A stretch of 64,000 nucleotides of DNA from a virus. A model generated the notes under the pieces. The model did no database searches. It was not told where the DNA came from and saw only the letters and a list, made by a program, of their open reading frames with translations. Both the position numbers and the translations under genes were made by a program. The stretch is from the IMG/VR virus record IMGVR_UViG_3300031088_000734. The stretch is one strand, 5' to 3'. Shown piece after piece: positions 49,788 to 58,605 of the stretch; positions within the stretch are counted from its first letter, which is position 1, and every line of letters begins with the position of its first letter.

Positions 49788-49816
49788 TTGACTTCTTGGT
49801 TTGTATTTGTTATTAT
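49788..49816 (+). promoter_or_regulatory. sigma70-like promoter of tRNA-like RNA
   Basis: TTGACT 49788-49793, 17 bp, TGnTATTAT 49808-49816. Confidence 0.75.
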
Positions 49817-49821
49817 TGAGC

Positions 49822-49917
49822 CACTAGATAGAGATGACGATGGAATCGCCTCACAGCAAGGTTAGATCATCTTTAGGTTCAGCGGCGATTGGTTGGGTTC
49901 GAGTCCCAGATCTAGTG
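49822..49917 (+). ncRNA. atypical tRNA-like RNA (acceptor stem + T arm, no valid anticodon arm)
   Basis: 8-bp CACTAGAT/ATCTAGTG stem, T arm TTGGG-TTCGAGT-CCCAG, internal 7-bp AATCGCC/GGCGATT helix; own promoter and terminator; no encoded CCA. Confidence 0.65.
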
Positions 49918-49919
49918 TG

Positions 49920-49950
49920 AGGACTTACAATTATGTGAGTCCTTTTTTTT
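49920..49950 (+). terminator. intrinsic terminator
   Basis: AGGACTTAC/GTGAGTCCT stem plus T-run. Confidence 0.8.
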
Positions 49951-49962
49951 TGGAGATTTTTT

Positions 49963-50589
49963 ATGGAAACATTACATAAACAGTATTATAAGGCGGCTCT
50001 TGTCGTTTTATTGCTCGTTTTAATTTCTTTTTGCATTAATTCCATTGTTCTCAATCCTTTTGAACATTCTCCTTATGTCTTTCGAATTCTCTACATTGTC
50101 ACTGCCGCTCTGAGTGTTTTTGCTTTCTTTAAATCAAGAAAACTACTGGTTCAACTTGACTTGGTTAGTATTGTGAAGTATCTCTTCTCATTTGTTGTCG
50201 CTATTATCTTTTTCTCTGGCATTATGACGATATTTAATCCACAGATAACTCAACTCATTGTGGCTAAAAAATATGATGACTATTCTGTTCAAATTAAAGA
50301 AGAAGATCGTTATCAACCGCTCTATTACTATTTTGCAGTGGCCCAGCAGAAAAATAATGTCAAATATTTACTCAACTTTGAAAAAAATGGTTTGATTGAG
50401 AATTTTATTTATCTGGATGACAACGGGCTTGAAGCTTTAACCAATATCATGAAAGTTTCCAAAGACAAAAACCTTATCGAGCTGTATGATAGATTTAATA
50501 AGGATGGTAAAATTAGTAAGAAAGAAGCTAAACAGATATTGCTTTATCTTGCAACCTTTGGAGTGACTTATGAAAAACAACCTTTTTAA
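49963..50589 (+). CDS. membrane protein
   Basis: three N-terminal hydrophobic helices; GGAG RBS. Confidence 0.75.
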   Translation: METLHKQYYKAALVVLLLVLISFCINSIVLNPFEHSPYVFRILYIVTAALSVFAFFKSRKLLVQLDLVSIVKYLFSFVVAIIFFSGIMTIFNPQITQLIVAKKYDDYSVQIKEEDRYQPLYYYFAVAQQKNNVKYLLNFEKNGLIENFIYLDDNGLEALTNIMKVSKDKNLIELYDRFNKDGKISKKEAKQILLYLATFGVTYEKQPF

Positions 50590-50854
50590 GCGGTTTTACA
50601 AACGCTTTGAACATTACTTCCCAACTGATGAAGAACGTGACCCATGTCCCTCTTGTGGTGGTTGTATGCGACATCGTTTGCATGAAGACAGTGGTATGTC
50701 AGCAGAAGCTAAGTTTGGTTGTCTCAAATGTGATTACACTGAGTTCCGTGGTGGCACTGGCAGTGAAATCTGGTTGGAACGGATTTATTTCGCAAGACAA
50801 AAAAATTCATATTTGCGAAAAAAGTATTCAATTGTTGTAAAATATGATGTATAG
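50570..50854 (+). CDS. small zinc-ribbon protein
   Basis: CPSC...CLKC. Confidence 0.6.
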   Translation: MKNNLFKRFYKRFEHYFPTDEERDPCPSCGGCMRHRLHEDSGMSAEAKFGCLKCDYTEFRGGTGSEIWLERIYFARQKNSYLRKKYSIVVKYDV

Positions 50855-50889
50855 TAACAATTAAACATAATCGCCAAGGAGATTTGATC

Positions 50890-51234
50890 ATGGGTAATAA
50901 AAATAAACCACAACGTTTTGAAGGCTTTTGGTGGTCAGAACGTGAACCCCACTTCCCTAAACCTGTCAGCTCTGATGTCGAGTTTGAAGGCAAAGCTGCA
51001 GTGGTTGAAGCACTCGAAAAACTGGAAAAAAATATTTATACTCACAAAGACAGGGCTGGCACTTGTGTTTATTTCAAAGGGTGGTCTAACTGTCGCTGTT
51101 GTGGGGCAGAAAATGGCTCAGCGGAATTTTCTTACAAGAACTGGAAATGGCCTGATGGGTTGTCTCATTATGTCAAAGTGCATAATGTGAAACCATCCGA
51201 TGACTTCTTGAAAGATGTGTTACATATCAGTTAA
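50890..51234 (+). CDS. hypothetical protein with Cys/His motif
   Basis: KGWSNCRCC...WKWPDGLSHYVKVHNV; AAGGAG RBS. Confidence 0.75.
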   Translation: MGNKNKPQRFEGFWWSEREPHFPKPVSSDVEFEGKAAVVEALEKLEKNIYTHKDRAGTCVYFKGWSNCRCCGAENGSAEFSYKNWKWPDGLSHYVKVHNVKPSDDFLKDVLHIS

Positions 51235-51305
51235 GTTGTATTCCTGCCATCCTTGATTGTCTGTTCTCAAAATGGTATAATATCTTATCATTTTGAGGAT
51301 AGATC

Positions 51306-52121
51306 ATGACCAAAAAATCGTATGAACTCATTGTAAATACTAACCGAGACATTAGCCAACTGTATAAAATGCTGGGAGCTTATATTACCAGCCATATTGA
51401 AAAGAAAAGCTCATGTGAAGGTGACTATCCTTTTGATACTGACGATATTATTGCTGGCTACGCAGAAGAGAACCGTGACAAATACCCAGATTATTTGTGG
51501 TGGAATGCTAACACTCAATTCAAAGGTCGAAACAATGAAGACCCTTACCTTTTGGCTTCTGGTAAAGGTTCTTTCTACGAAAAGAACTTTCCTGATATTA
51601 TCTTTTCAGTAGGCGATACTGATGAGTATGTTCGTTCTAAGATCAAAGCTGAAATCTTTAAAAGGTTTAATGCGATTGTTGACCCAGTTGATAATTCGAC
51701 ATTGATTGATGAAGTCAACGTATTGATTGACTCTGATGTCTTCACTGCTCGTTTTACAAAAGAATATTGCCATGCTGTTGTTGAAGACTATAACATGATG
51801 GAAAAATTATTTGCTGGTTATGTGTTTGATAAAGTTGAAGTCCCATCTGAAATCAGTAATAGATCTTCAATGGTGTTCTTTCTTGGAAAAGAACCAACCA
51901 AGGAAATTGTTGAGAACATGATTACTCGTATTCATCAATTCATTGACAACTATGAAGCTATTGTGGCTGAGACGAGTTCAGGCTTTAGATATTTTTTTGA
52001 ATCCGGCATTGATGAAGTCATCACTATTGATGCAGTCCTTACAGATCCTGCTAACTTTAAAGTAGTGTCTGTTGAATTAGTGGAACATGTTACAGAATCA
52101 ACCACTAAAAAACTTGTGTAA
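51306..52121 (+). CDS. acidic hypothetical protein
   Basis: 271-aa ORF, GAGG RBS, promoter upstream. Confidence 0.75.
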   Translation: MTKKSYELIVNTNRDISQLYKMLGAYITSHIEKKSSCEGDYPFDTDDIIAGYAEENRDKYPDYLWWNANTQFKGRNNEDPYLLASGKGSFYEKNFPDIIFSVGDTDEYVRSKIKAEIFKRFNAIVDPVDNSTLIDEVNVLIDSDVFTARFTKEYCHAVVEDYNMMEKLFAGYVFDKVEVPSEISNRSSMVFFLGKEPTKEIVENMITRIHQFIDNYEAIVAETSSGFRYFFESGIDEVITIDAVLTDPANFKVVSVELVEHVTESTTKKLV

Positions 52122-52337
52122 TATTTGTTACAAAAATAACCCAGCCTTGTGTTGGGTTTTCGATTGAATGTTCATTTTTTCGATGATATACTGTAATTCA
52201 TTTTGGAGAATTACATGTTTCATATGCAGGAAGCCAACAACATTGTTGAGTTACTTAGAGCTATTTAAGGTGACGGAGCAACAAGTCTTTTAAATAGACA
52301 AGTACATTTTTTTAACAATTAATAATAGGCGATTACC

Positions 52338-53357
52338 ATGACTTTCGAACGCGATCTTGATCAATTTTACACCAACAGTGACATCGCTCTTAAATGCTAT
52401 GACTTACTGCAAGGTGTACTGGCACAAAACAATATCAAACCCACAATATGGTTAGAACCCTCAGCCGGTTCTGGTGCGTTCTTTTCTATTGTCTCTGGTA
52501 GTAAGCTTGGTATTGATATTGATCCGAAAATTGATAAAGTCGTCAAGGCAGATTTTTTGGAATACCCTTTGAAAGACGAAGGTTATATCACCATTGGTAA
52601 TCCTCCATTTGGCAAGAATTCCAGTTTAGCCATCAAGTTTTTTAACAAATGTGCAGAAGTTTCCAAAGTCGTCGCCTTTATTGTGCCGAAGACCTTTAAG
52701 AAAGACAGTGTGCAAAAGAAGTTGAATAACCACATGCACCTTGCGTTTGAATGGGATGTGCCCAGCAACTCTTTTAACATTAAGAAAGAAATTGTGGATG
52801 TGCCTTGTGTCTTTCAAGTTTGGATTAAACAAGACATCGTTCGTCAAAGCACCAACAAAAGCTCGCTGGCGGAAGATTTCATCTTCACTAATAGAACCAC
52901 GGCTAACATCGCATTTCAACGAGTAGGGGTAAGAGCTGGCACCATTAAGGGCTGTGCGGCGTTCCCTGAAATTGCTGATGCCTCACATTTGTTTATCAAT
53001 ACCTTACAACCTGATGTTGTGAAAATTTTAAAAGTGATTGACTGGTCAGCTATTAAGTTTAATACGGCTGGTAACCCAAGTATTTCAAAGCGTGAATTGA
53101 TCAGCGAATACACTCGATACAAAGCGAGCCTTGTGGGTATTATTGATGACTATCTGTTGTTTAATTTCGACGGCGTTATCTCTATTGTGTTCTTGGTGAA
53201 TGGCAATGTGTTCAACATCAAAGTTGAAAACGATAACCTTGTGTTCCATGATGCTATTTTTAAAATTCAAGTCGGTAATGTTGACTTTAATTTGGTGAAA
53301 GCGGCTTATCTTGATTTCAAAAAAATGTTGAATGAAAACATCACTAAAAAAAGTTAA
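52338..53357 (+). CDS. orphan N6-adenine DNA methyltransferase (motif I before NPPF)
   Basis: DQFYT, LEPSAGSGAF, IGNPPFG; no adjacent restriction endonuclease. Confidence 0.8.
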   Translation: MTFERDLDQFYTNSDIALKCYDLLQGVLAQNNIKPTIWLEPSAGSGAFFSIVSGSKLGIDIDPKIDKVVKADFLEYPLKDEGYITIGNPPFGKNSSLAIKFFNKCAEVSKVVAFIVPKTFKKDSVQKKLNNHMHLAFEWDVPSNSFNIKKEIVDVPCVFQVWIKQDIVRQSTNKSSLAEDFIFTNRTTANIAFQRVGVRAGTIKGCAAFPEIADASHLFINTLQPDVVKILKVIDWSAIKFNTAGNPSISKRELISEYTRYKASLVGIIDDYLLFNFDGVISIVFLVNGNVFNIKVENDNLVFHDAIFKIQVGNVDFNLVKAAYLDFKKMLNENITKKS

Positions 53358-53450
53358 AATATTTGAAAAAAAAGGTTGCCTTACCGATAAAGTTTTGATA
53401 GAATATCTACATTGAATGAGCAAAGCAACACGCTCTCAATGCCTTAAAAT

Positions 53451-53524
53451 GGCTGCTTGGCAGAATGGTCATGTACCGGATTGCAAATCCGAGTATGGGG
53501 GTTCGATTCCCTCAGCAGCCTCCA
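53451..53524 (+). tRNA. tRNA-Cys(GCA)
   Basis: GGCTGCT/AGCAGCC acceptor, CGGA-TTGCAAA-TCCG anticodon arm, GGTTCGATTCC, T discriminator, encoded CCA. Confidence 0.95.
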
Positions 53525-53579
53525 ACTTTAAAACACAAAAAAAGACATCTTCTGATGTCTTTTTTATTGTCTTTATTTT

Positions 53580-54113
53580 TTAATCTTTTGTTGTTTCTTC
53601 TGTCTCGAATGGATCAATTGCCATTATTATTTTTTCATCGTTGCTTTTAAGAACATCAGTTTTGACTACATATTCTGGTTTATTCATTTCTTCATAAAGA
53701 TAGTAAGCCACATTTCCTGTTATTCCCATATATTTTTTCATGTCGTATTCGATAACATGTTTTGCATTAATAATGGCTTGATGATTTAGATCTGGGAATA
53801 GATCTTCTAATTTTCCTTTATAAACCATTTTATCGAACATGATTGCTTTCATATTTCTTAAATCATGAATAACCATAATCAGTATGACCAATGGGATACT
53901 TACTGCAGCATATCCAACCATTAAGTAATAGTACCAGTTTGGTATTATTGACAGTGGAGCAAATAACACCATCATCATGACCACCAAAGGAGCCATTAAA
54001 AAAAGAGTTAATTTAAATAATTTAGGATCTCTTTTTTTATCATATTCTGCTACATTTCTTTTGAAATATTCGAAATTTTTTATAAATTCTTTTTTTGCTA
54101 ATTTCTCTTTCAT
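53580..54113 (-). CDS. two-helix membrane protein, paralog of 57490
   Basis: KEFIKNFEYFK, two TM helices, KMVYKG...DLFP. Confidence 0.8.
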   Translation of the reverse strand: MKEKLAKKEFIKNFEYFKRNVAEYDKKRDPKLFKLTLFLMAPLVVMMMVLFAPLSIIPNWYYYLMVGYAAVSIPLVILIMVIHDLRNMKAIMFDKMVYKGKLEDLFPDLNHQAIINAKHVIEYDMKKYMGITGNVAYYLYEEMNKPEYVVKTDVLKSNDEKIIMAIDPFETEETTKD

Positions 54114-54259
54114 ATTATTTATCCTTCCTTGCAATTATCCTATTATCTTATAATAAAATGTCAAACGACTATTCATTCGAATACAATTTTGTTAAATAAA
54201 CTTGACATTATATATTTTTTTTGGATACAATACAGTCTCAACTTATCGGAGAATCAAAA

Positions 54260-54595
54260 ATGAAAAAAATGTCTATTTGTGCTACTATTAGTATGTTGCT
54301 TGCCTTTGTTATTGGTTCGCAAGCTATTGCTTCAGAAACGGTTGTTCAAAGCCAACATGTAACCTCTGTTATACCTCTTGTTGTTGAAGCCACTCCATTC
54401 ATGGATGTAAAACAGGTGATTTCTGATAGTCCATTGGTTGCACATACAGCCGAATATATTGCACATGTTCGTTGTCAAGATGAAGCTCGTGTAATGGTAT
54501 TTAAAGATAGTCACGGCGTATTGAAGTCGGTTCAATATACTGCCAGTAATATGAATGGTTGCACTGACGGTGATGGTGGGATTAATTATCTTTAA
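54260..54595 (+). CDS. exported protein
   Basis: signal peptide MKKMSICATISMLLAFVIGSQAIA; GGAG RBS. Confidence 0.75.
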   Translation: MKKMSICATISMLLAFVIGSQAIASETVVQSQHVTSVIPLVVEATPFMDVKQVISDSPLVAHTAEYIAHVRCQDEARVMVFKDSHGVLKSVQYTASNMNGCTDGDGGINYL

Positions 54596-54643
54596 CTAGA
54601 GTACAAGAAAAAAGGTTAGTAAACACTAACCTTTTTTATTTTT

Positions 54644-56476
54644 TTACTGTCTACATATCCTGTACATCTCTTCAGAAGAACCTACTTCATCTATTATGGC
54701 AGAACCTACATAAGTACTTCTTGTGTAAGTATAGCCTCCTGCACTTGCAGATGTTGCATTTGATCTTATTGTATAAACTGTAACTCCAGAAAATCTCCAT
54801 ACTTGGTTTCTAGTTGCACTGTTATATATTACACTATTTGATGTGCTATACGCTGGGCAAACAATACTACTTGTTGTGGTTACTGATACAGATTTTACTG
54901 GACTATATCTTGTCACTCCATTTAAAGATTTCTTAGCACTTGCATAATATGTCGTTGTTGTTACAGCAGATGATGCGGTTGAAGGCAAGTTTGATTCTGC
55001 AGTTCCTGCACTGTTCATTCCCTGTAACGTAGAGCCAGCACTATATCCAGATCCAGCAAACGTAATTGCAGTGGATTGCACAACCGATGTACTTGCAACT
55101 CCATTCACAGTAAACGTTGTAAATGTTGGATTGCTTTCAACAACAACAGTTTTAGTTGATTCAGTTTCAACATTGGCTTCATTTATAGCTATTACCGTGT
55201 AAACATATGTGCCTGCCGCTGTTGGTGTTATTGCTGTTGATGTCGAAACACCTAAATCAACATTATTCGTAGCAATACCTGAATTAGCATTATTTGATTT
55301 TATCTTATAGCTTGTAGCACCGCTTGATGAGAATGATAATGTGAATGGTGCATTTGCAAACACTGTAGATGGTGCTGTAATTGAAGGTGAAGTTGCAGGC
55401 TGTATCACATTGACTGTAATTTTTTCCTGTACACTCTTTCCAGCTCCGTTTTTGTTTACATATATATAATCTTTCGAACCTGTTGTTGGTGCTACTAATG
55501 TTTTGTTTTGACCAGTTACATTTAAATTATCTAGTAATTGTTCTTCGAAACCACTTCCGCTCCAATTGAAATCAAGATTGCTATTTGGCCCTACTTTAAT
55601 GGTAGTTGGCACACCGTTCACAGTAAATGAACTAATTATTGGCTCTGGGTATACTGTTATACTTTTCTTTTTATTAATTTTAGTTCCACTAAAACTTGTT
55701 GATTCTAATGTATAATCAAAAGTTCCAATTGTGTTTGTTACGATTTCTTTTGTGCCTGATGGTGAGTTTGCTGGTGAACCATCAAAAGTTAACAATTCAG
55801 ATCCTTCAACACTCCAATTGAAAATAGCGGTGTCACCAACAGTTAATTTTTCTTTGTCCACATTGAAAGAATTTATTAGGGAGTCAGGAACAACTTCAAT
55901 GGATAGTGATTTAGATTTATCAGATATTCCAGTATATCCTTTCGCAGTTAACGTATATGTTGTTGTGGTTTGCGGATAGACAGTTGTATTACTGTTAAAT
56001 GAGATTCCACCAATCCCGTTATCAATACTAGCAGAAGCAGCATCAATTATATTCCAATTTAATGTTGCAGATTGACCAAATCCAATTCTTTGAATATTAC
56101 TTGTAAACGTAATTTCTTGTTCAGGTTGAATAACATTCAATGTGAGTTTTTCTTGTTTAGTGTTTGAACCATTACTTATTGTAATTAGGTATTCTGTTGT
56201 TTCAATAGGAGAGACACCTGCAAGTCCTTTTTTTGAATTATAAGAACCAATATTTTCTATGTTAATTTTATTAGCATATTTATAATCCCAAATAATACTG
56301 GTTTCTTCGCCTCTTTTTATTGTTGAGTTTTTTAGTTTTATCTCTCCATTAACTTCGCTGTCTTTTATAATTATTTTGTTACCATCCAATGGAACGTAAA
56401 CATTATAGTCTGCAAAGCTATTGCCACTTAGTAAAGCAATTAATATTAGATATTTATTTTTATTCATTTTAGTCAT
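54644..56476 (-). CDS. exported Ser/Thr-rich protein with tandem Ig-like (PKD-like) repeats
   Basis: signal peptide ending SFA-DYNV; repeated F..G..ATLxW...GxxTVxPxxTTxYTL units. Confidence 0.8.
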   Translation of the reverse strand: MTKMNKNKYLILIALLSGNSFADYNVYVPLDGNKIIIKDSEVNGEIKLKNSTIKRGEETSIIWDYKYANKINIENIGSYNSKKGLAGVSPIETTEYLITISNGSNTKQEKLTLNVIQPEQEITFTSNIQRIGFGQSATLNWNIIDAASASIDNGIGGISFNSNTTVYPQTTTTYTLTAKGYTGISDKSKSLSIEVVPDSLINSFNVDKEKLTVGDTAIFNWSVEGSELLTFDGSPANSPSGTKEIVTNTIGTFDYTLESTSFSGTKINKKKSITVYPEPIISSFTVNGVPTTIKVGPNSNLDFNWSGSGFEEQLLDNLNVTGQNKTLVAPTTGSKDYIYVNKNGAGKSVQEKITVNVIQPATSPSITAPSTVFANAPFTLSFSSSGATSYKIKSNNANSGIATNNVDLGVSTSTAITPTAAGTYVYTVIAINEANVETESTKTVVVESNPTFTTFTVNGVASTSVVQSTAITFAGSGYSAGSTLQGMNSAGTAESNLPSTASSAVTTTTYYASAKKSLNGVTRYSPVKSVSVTTTSSIVCPAYSTSNSVIYNSATRNQVWRFSGVTVYTIRSNATSASAGGYTYTRSTYVGSAIIDEVGSSEEMYRICRQ

Positions 56477-56822
56477 CTATTATAGTTATTTATAAATATT
56501 ATTGTATAACATATTTAACACATAACAATATCTTTATTCTATTTTCTTCTTTTTTTTATTCATTCATTGAAAATTTACAGACTATATATTTGAATATATT
56601 TTTCTATATCGAATATTATTCATGAATTATTTTTATTATAAAATGCAGATTATAATGAAAACAACACATGATATGATTAAAGATTCTTTTTTTGTCACTC
56701 CCATTAATTTATTATAGAAATAATTAGAATATAGTGCGAAGAACATGAAAAAGTCAACTATTTTTCATAACCCGTCAAGAAAATTGAACAGGAATTAATT
56801 ATTAGTCATAATAATGTTAGCA

Positions 56823-56850
56823 CAAAGTATCAAAATATTTTGATACTTTG
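56823..56850. repeat. perfect 28-bp palindrome
   Basis: CAAAGTATCAAAAT-ATTTTGATACTTTG in a 470-bp AT-rich divergent intergenic region. Confidence 0.85.
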
Positions 56851-56951
56851 AGTATGCTTGTATAAAAAATCTTGCAAAAAAAATAATTGCGAACACACAT
56901 GTTTTGTGTTAAAATCATGTGATTAAAAGATGTTTCATTTAGGAGAACGTT

Positions 56952-57101
56952 ATGCCTAAGATTTCTATTGAACAGATCCGATTAGCGAACCAAAAGCTTA
57001 TGGCGGGTGAAGGTGGTTCTGTTAAAAGTTATGCTTCCAAGCTTTCTAAAAATGACATCAATGAGATGTTAAAGAAAGCTTTCCACTCATTGCCACAATA
57101 A
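56952..57101 (+). CDS. 49-aa protein (not in ORF track)
   Basis: AGGAG RBS; MPKISIEQIRLANQKLMAGEGGSVKSYASKLSKNDINEMLKKAFHSLPQ. Confidence 0.6.
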   Translation: MPKISIEQIRLANQKLMAGEGGSVKSYASKLSKNDINEMLKKAFHSLPQ

Positions 57102-57113
57102 TTGGAGGTCATT

Positions 57114-57440
57114 ATGACCAAGAAAAAAGTATTTGAACCTATTTTTAATGCTGATGGTAATTTCGTAGTGCTTGGTTATGATCCATTTTATTGCCAAAGG
57201 GATAATCCAGCTCATCGTGCTATTCATGATGTTTTGTTTGATTCAGATGGTAATTTGAATGAAGCACTGGATGCTAATTATACTGATGATATTCAGGATC
57301 TCGAAGAGTTCGTTCAGGAATTATTTAAGAAAAATCCTTCAGTCTCTCCATTATGTGATGCGGTTCATTTGTATTTTGCTGAACTGGCATCCAGTGCGAC
57401 CAATCAGCAGTATTCAGTTGCCAGTATGTTCAAGCGTTAA
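57114..57440 (+). CDS. hypothetical protein, paralog of 5553..5858
   Basis: GGAGG RBS; shared motifs listed at 5553. Confidence 0.75.
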   Translation: MTKKKVFEPIFNADGNFVVLGYDPFYCQRDNPAHRAIHDVLFDSDGNLNEALDANYTDDIQDLEEFVQELFKKNPSVSPLCDAVHLYFAELASSATNQQYSVASMFKR

Positions 57441-57489
57441 TATAGTTAACCAACTCAGTAAAAAAGACATCCTAGATGTCTTTTTTGTT

Positions 57490-58014
57490 TTAATCTACTT
57501 CTAAATCTTTTAAACCATGAACTCTACCAATTTCATCAATGGCTTGTTGTTGAATGGTAGGCTTAGGAGCGTTATTGATAAAGTCATTATCATTAATTCC
57601 CTGATAGATTGCGTAAGCAGTTTCTCCTTTAAGTCCACCTCTGTAATGAATATCGGCTCTTATCTGTTCTTTATAATAATTGATGACTGGGTGTTCGATA
57701 TTTGGGAAGAGATCAGACGTTAATCCTTTGTAAATCATTTTATTAAATTTTGTTATTTTTCTATTTAAAAAAGACTCAATGAATGATATAGTAAATGTGA
57801 AAAACAATCCAAAAACAAAAAATGTCCATAAATAGTTCATATAAATATTAGATTTTTCTTCATCTAATATTGTTGCTACTTTTGTTCCAAATCCTATTAA
57901 TGCGAATGAAAATATCATTAGTGTAACAAGTCCATACGATTTCATTTTATATCTGTATTCTGTAGGATTTTTTTTGTAAAACTCAAAATTTTCTAAAAAT
58001 TCTTTATTGATCAT
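57490..58014 (-). CDS. two-helix membrane protein, paralog of 53580
   Basis: KEFLENFEFYK, two TM helices, KMIYKG...DLFP; start moved to 58014 after AAGGAG. Confidence 0.8.
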   Translation of the reverse strand: MINKEFLENFEFYKKNPTEYRYKMKSYGLVTLMIFSFALIGFGTKVATILDEEKSNIYMNYLWTFFVFGLFFTFTISFIESFLNRKITKFNKMIYKGLTSDLFPNIEHPVINYYKEQIRADIHYRGGLKGETAYAIYQGINDNDFINNAPKPTIQQQAIDEIGRVHGLKDLEVD

Positions 58015-58169
58015 GATAAACTCCTTTATTCTTTTACATTTTATTAGTAAAAAAAAATTAATCAAATGCAAAAAAAAACTGTTTGAAAGGTCTTGATTGC
58101 TTCGTTTCTTTTTGCTAGAATGGCTACATTGAATGAGACGACAGCTTCAAAGTCACTCAGGATTGTCAT

Positions 58170-58272
58170 GTGGATGTGTGAGCGTAATAGGAGAGTTGGC
58201 CCTCCGTCCTTGAATAAAGGTTACTCTACTGTTGTATTGGTAACGTAGGTTCAAATCCTACCATCTGCACCA
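58170..58272 (+). ncRNA. atypical 103-nt tRNA-like RNA
   Basis: GTGGATG/CATCTGC acceptor with G3.U70, A discriminator, CCA; perfect T arm GTAGG-TTCAAAT-CCTAC; long variable arm; anticodon arm defective; promoter TTGATT 58093 / TAGAAT 58116. Confidence 0.65.
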
Positions 58273-58313
58273 AATTGCTTGATTGTTGTGATGGATTGTG
58301 GTATAATCATCAC

Positions 58314-58554
58314 AGCAAACGAATTAGGAGCCTTCGTCAAAGAAGGTTGGATAGCAGCGGTGTCGCGGGCGAGCTATCACGAAAGGTGAGGAATACTCCC
58401 TTTCATAGTAACAAAGTCCATCGGGGTGTTTTCTGCCTTTGATTAAAACGCTTGGGTGAAGCGGTTCTTTGTTACGAACTTATTTGTCAATTAGCGAAGG
58501 AATTATAGTCCTAGTGGCTATGATTAAAACGGTTGGGTGAACTGGCCTTCGTTA
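58314..58554 (+). ncRNA. structured ncRNA unit 1 (5' domain plus two three-way-junction modules)
   Basis: promoter TTGATT 58279 / TATAAT 58302; stems covary with unit 2. Confidence 0.75.
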
Positions 58555-58605
58555 AGACCAATTTTAAAGGTTGTTATTTACAGGCGTTTGATGTATAATA
58601 GCGAC

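Noticed and set aside
49822-49917. tRNA-Sec or ochre suppressor call
   Set aside because: Despite the 8-bp acceptor, there is no TCA anticodon, and the CT-TTA-GG stretch is not closed by a paired stem
52338-53357. Complete restriction-modification system
   Set aside because: No neighbouring endonuclease-like ORF; treated as an orphan methyltransferase
56487-56498. T4-type late promoter TATAAATA upstream of the Ig-like gene
   Set aside because: An 8-mer of only A/T is expected by chance in this AT-rich region and I could not find it consistently before other candidate late genes
57114-57440. Membership of the Met(-4) family (ends SMFKR)
   Set aside because: Basic terminal residue, lacks the preceding pattern, and its paralog at 5553 has Met at -3
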